Origin: Haliotis rubra
Lineage: Eukaryota
Direction: 5' to 3'
NCBI RefSeq assembly: GCF_003918875.1
Contig: NW_025767701.1
Location: 620,001 to 684,000 of the forward strand
DNA length: 64,000 nucleotides
How positions within the stretch are numbered: position 1 is the first letter of the stretch; each line of letters starts with the position of its first letter. Positions 61,041 through 64,000 of this stretch are shown here, one piece after another. Position numbers and translations under genes: made by a program. The notes below the pieces were generated by a model that saw nothing but the letters and a program-made list of their open reading frames with translations, was not told the DNA's origin and searched no databases.

Positions 61041-63144
61041 CTCCGCCGCAAATGTTTCATTTACCTACATGCACTGATTCATGACATCTCATGTGACAAT
61101 GTAGGCTGACTTTCTCACGCTAAACCACGATATCTTCAGGAATTTAAATAACCATAATGCTAGTTATTTAATGTGAAAAATATAAGAAGAGCCATAAAGT
61201 GTGGGATTTAAGGAGATCAGATTTAAATGGGTCGAGTGAACAAAAGTGAATATTTGAAAGGAATATGTTAACAACAAACACCATCTCTACCGGTGGGCGT
61301 GTCTACTTGACACATATTTGTAACGTTAGCTGGACGAAGGCACCTGTTGTACAAAGCAATACAGACCGGCATACACTACCCCATACCTGTAAAATGTGAG
61401 TTTAAAAAGTTCACGTCCAGATCCACCACACGCTCGTAGCGCTACAACATTCGTAAGCCTATGATAAACTATAGAGTTACGACAGGTCGTAACGTTACGA
61501 ACGCTTTGTGGATCGGTACCCAGATACCTAACTTCAGTGACAGAGATAAGTGACGTCATTTGATTATGACGTCATGGTAACAAAATCCCCACCGTCAACG
61601 TCCCACGGTGCACCGGACGATTCTACTTAAGCGGATGATTGCATTGTGGGAACAAGCAGACTGTGTGTACATATTCTCAACCACTCGGTGTCGTCCATTC
61701 TTAGGGCGTGGTCATCTCACTTAACAAACATGCACTCATTCCCTTTTCCTATTTCTACATTATGTTCCAATCATGCGGAATCAACCAAACGTATGTCTTA
61801 CATGTTTCTCATCTCCATCTTCATTCAGCAATAGTGGTGAGTGAGTGAGTTGGATTTTACGCCGCTTTTAGCAGTATTCCAGCAATATCACGGCGGGGGA
61901 CACCAGAAATGGGCTTCACTCACTGTACCCATATGGGGAATCGAACCCGGGTCTTCGGCGTGACGAGATAATTTTTATAAACCTGTCAGTGAAAGGCGTT
62001 AGAAACAACTAGAATACCACAGATATGAATGTAAATCTAGCATCTAAATCTAGCATGTAAATCTAGCATCTAGCATGTAAATCTAGAAAAAAAAATCTAG
62101 TGTGAGTTTAATTTGACGTCATTTTAGCAATATTCCAGCAATATCACGGCAGGGCACACTAAAAGATGGCTTCACACAATTGTACCCATGTGGGGAATCG
62201 AACCCGGATGTTCGGCGTGACGAGCGAACGCTTTTACCGCAAGGCTAATCCACCTACCTCGCCATACCGTGGGACTTACAGTTAGAACACAGAAAAAAGA
62301 CTAAAACCAGAGACTTGCTCTCCGACCGATAAAGTTCAACGTATTGACGCCTCAGTGAATAAGTCATTGTAAACTAGGATACTTTGAAGGGGGACACCGT
62401 GCCCTACCCTGAATACCTGTGTGTAAGTTGGTGTAGGCAGGATAGTTTGTACACACACCCCACTGCATAGTGACAAGGAACACAATGAATGGAATGATCT
62501 CATACAGACGCAATAACGTTCAATAACGCATAGTTGACTGCAGGCGACTATATCAGCCCGCCCGATAAGTGGGTGGATTATACAGCCACAAATATTTAGG
62601 TTATGCGCAGATCTGGATCTAACACACGCACTGTGACGTCACGCTTTGTGATTTCTTCTGAAATGCTCAAGCAGGAAATAAAACTGCTTTTAAATATGAC
62701 TGCACCTGTTCAAATGTTCACGAATGAGTAAGTCGGTGCTCAGGCTGAATGGCGAACGGTGACAGATTGAAAACGCGTTGTTACATGTCACGTGATTGAT
62801 GGCGGTTTTGCGGTGTGGCTTGTGATTTGACACGATTCAGTATTTTATTTTTTATATTGTAAATATGCTCAATGGGCGGCTTCGTGTAAGGATACATGTT
62901 TCGGGATAATGGTTCAATATGGCGAGGTGGTTATGATAGTATCTGCACACATGAACGTGAGTTCTGGGACGTTAAACATAACTGTGAAATAAAATTAGAT
63001 CTGGATTGTTAGCAGTGCCCTATAAATCAGAGGTGATTAAAAATTTCAATATCGTGTTATGTCGGCGATATGCAAACACGTGTAAACGTTTATCGCGTAC
63101 AAACAGTGTCTCCTTCCAACATGCACGTATGTCGACCGTATGCA

Positions 63145-64000
63145 TGGACGATAGACCAACAATATAAGTAGGACAGCCCAACCATACGTGACTGACAGGC
63201 GAATGATACACGTCAGATAGACCAATAATACAGGTCAGACAGACCAAGACAGACCAATAATACATGTCAGACAGACCAATAATACACGTCAGATAGACCA
63301 ATAATATAAGTAGGACAGCCCAACCATTGGTGACTGACAGGCGAATGATACACGTCAGATAGACCAATAATACAGGTCAGACAGACCAATAATACACGTC
63401 AGACAGACCAATAATACACGTCAGACAGACCAATGATAGACGTCAGATAGACCAACAATATAAGTAGGACAGCCCAACCATACGTGTCTGACAGGCGAAT
63501 GATACACGTCAGATAGACCAATAATACACGTCAGACAGACCAATAATACACGTCAGACAGACCAATAATATAAGTAGGACAGCCCAACCATACGTGACTG
63601 ACAGGCGAATGATACACGTCAGACAGACCAATAATACACGTCAGACAGACCAAGACAAACCAATAATACACGTCAGACAGACCAATAATACATGTCAGAT
63701 AGACCAATAATACACGTCAGACAGATCAATAATACACGCAGACAGATCAATAATACACGTCAGAGTCAGACAGACCAATAATACACGCAGACAGATCAAT
63801 GATACACGCGAAAAGATCAATAATACACGTCAGACAGACCAATAATACATGTGAGACAGACCAATAATACACGCAGACAGATCAATAATACACGCAGACA
63901 GATCAATAATACACGCAGACAGACTACGATACATGTCAGACAGATCAATAATACACGCACACTTCAATAATACACGCAGACAGATCAATAATACACGTCA
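63145..64000. repeat. Satellite: ~20-22-bp unit cagacagaccaataatacacgt with a recurring longer block
   Basis: Runs to the window end; taagtaggacagcccaacca...caggcgaatgatacac occurs 4 times. Confidence 0.92.

Noticed and set aside
62280-62367. ATG-initiated phase-1 exon MTYSLRR...LVLVFFLCSN as the mucin signal exon
   Set aside because: Direct splicing to 33561 would create T+AG = stop; no intermediate exon identified.

Overview
Repeat-dense eukaryotic genomic DNA, most likely a mollusc. The SINE families resemble those I associate with abalone/gastropods, which is an inference and not a database match. One host gene can be reconstructed by hand on the minus strand (~33.6 kb to ~18.1 kb, probable 3' UTR to ~15.7 kb). 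It encodes a type I transmembrane mucin of >1,400 aa: SEA1 - ~1,080-aa Ser/Thr-rich stalk (one 3,368-nt exon) - SEA2 with a GSIVV autocleavage motif - TM - cytoplasmic tail. All nine core exons have GT-AG borders and compatible phases. The 5' (signal peptide) exon is unresolved. The tail appears to have two or three alternative C-termini, each ending in a PDZ-ligand-like motif. The rest of the window is mobile DNA: a near-complete frameshifted Tc1 (DD34E) element, L2 LINE remnants, THAP and FLYWCH/MULE remnants, hAT-, Kolobok- and Harbinger-type non-autonomous elements, a foldback element, more than 55 SINE copies in four families with related 3' tails, minisatellites and two N gaps. The most interesting non-gene signals are a covarying, probably pseudoknotted RNA head on a non-tRNA SINE-like family, a SINE 3' transduction, a 135-bp SINE-mediated duplication and a Penelope-type minimal hammerhead ribozyme variant.
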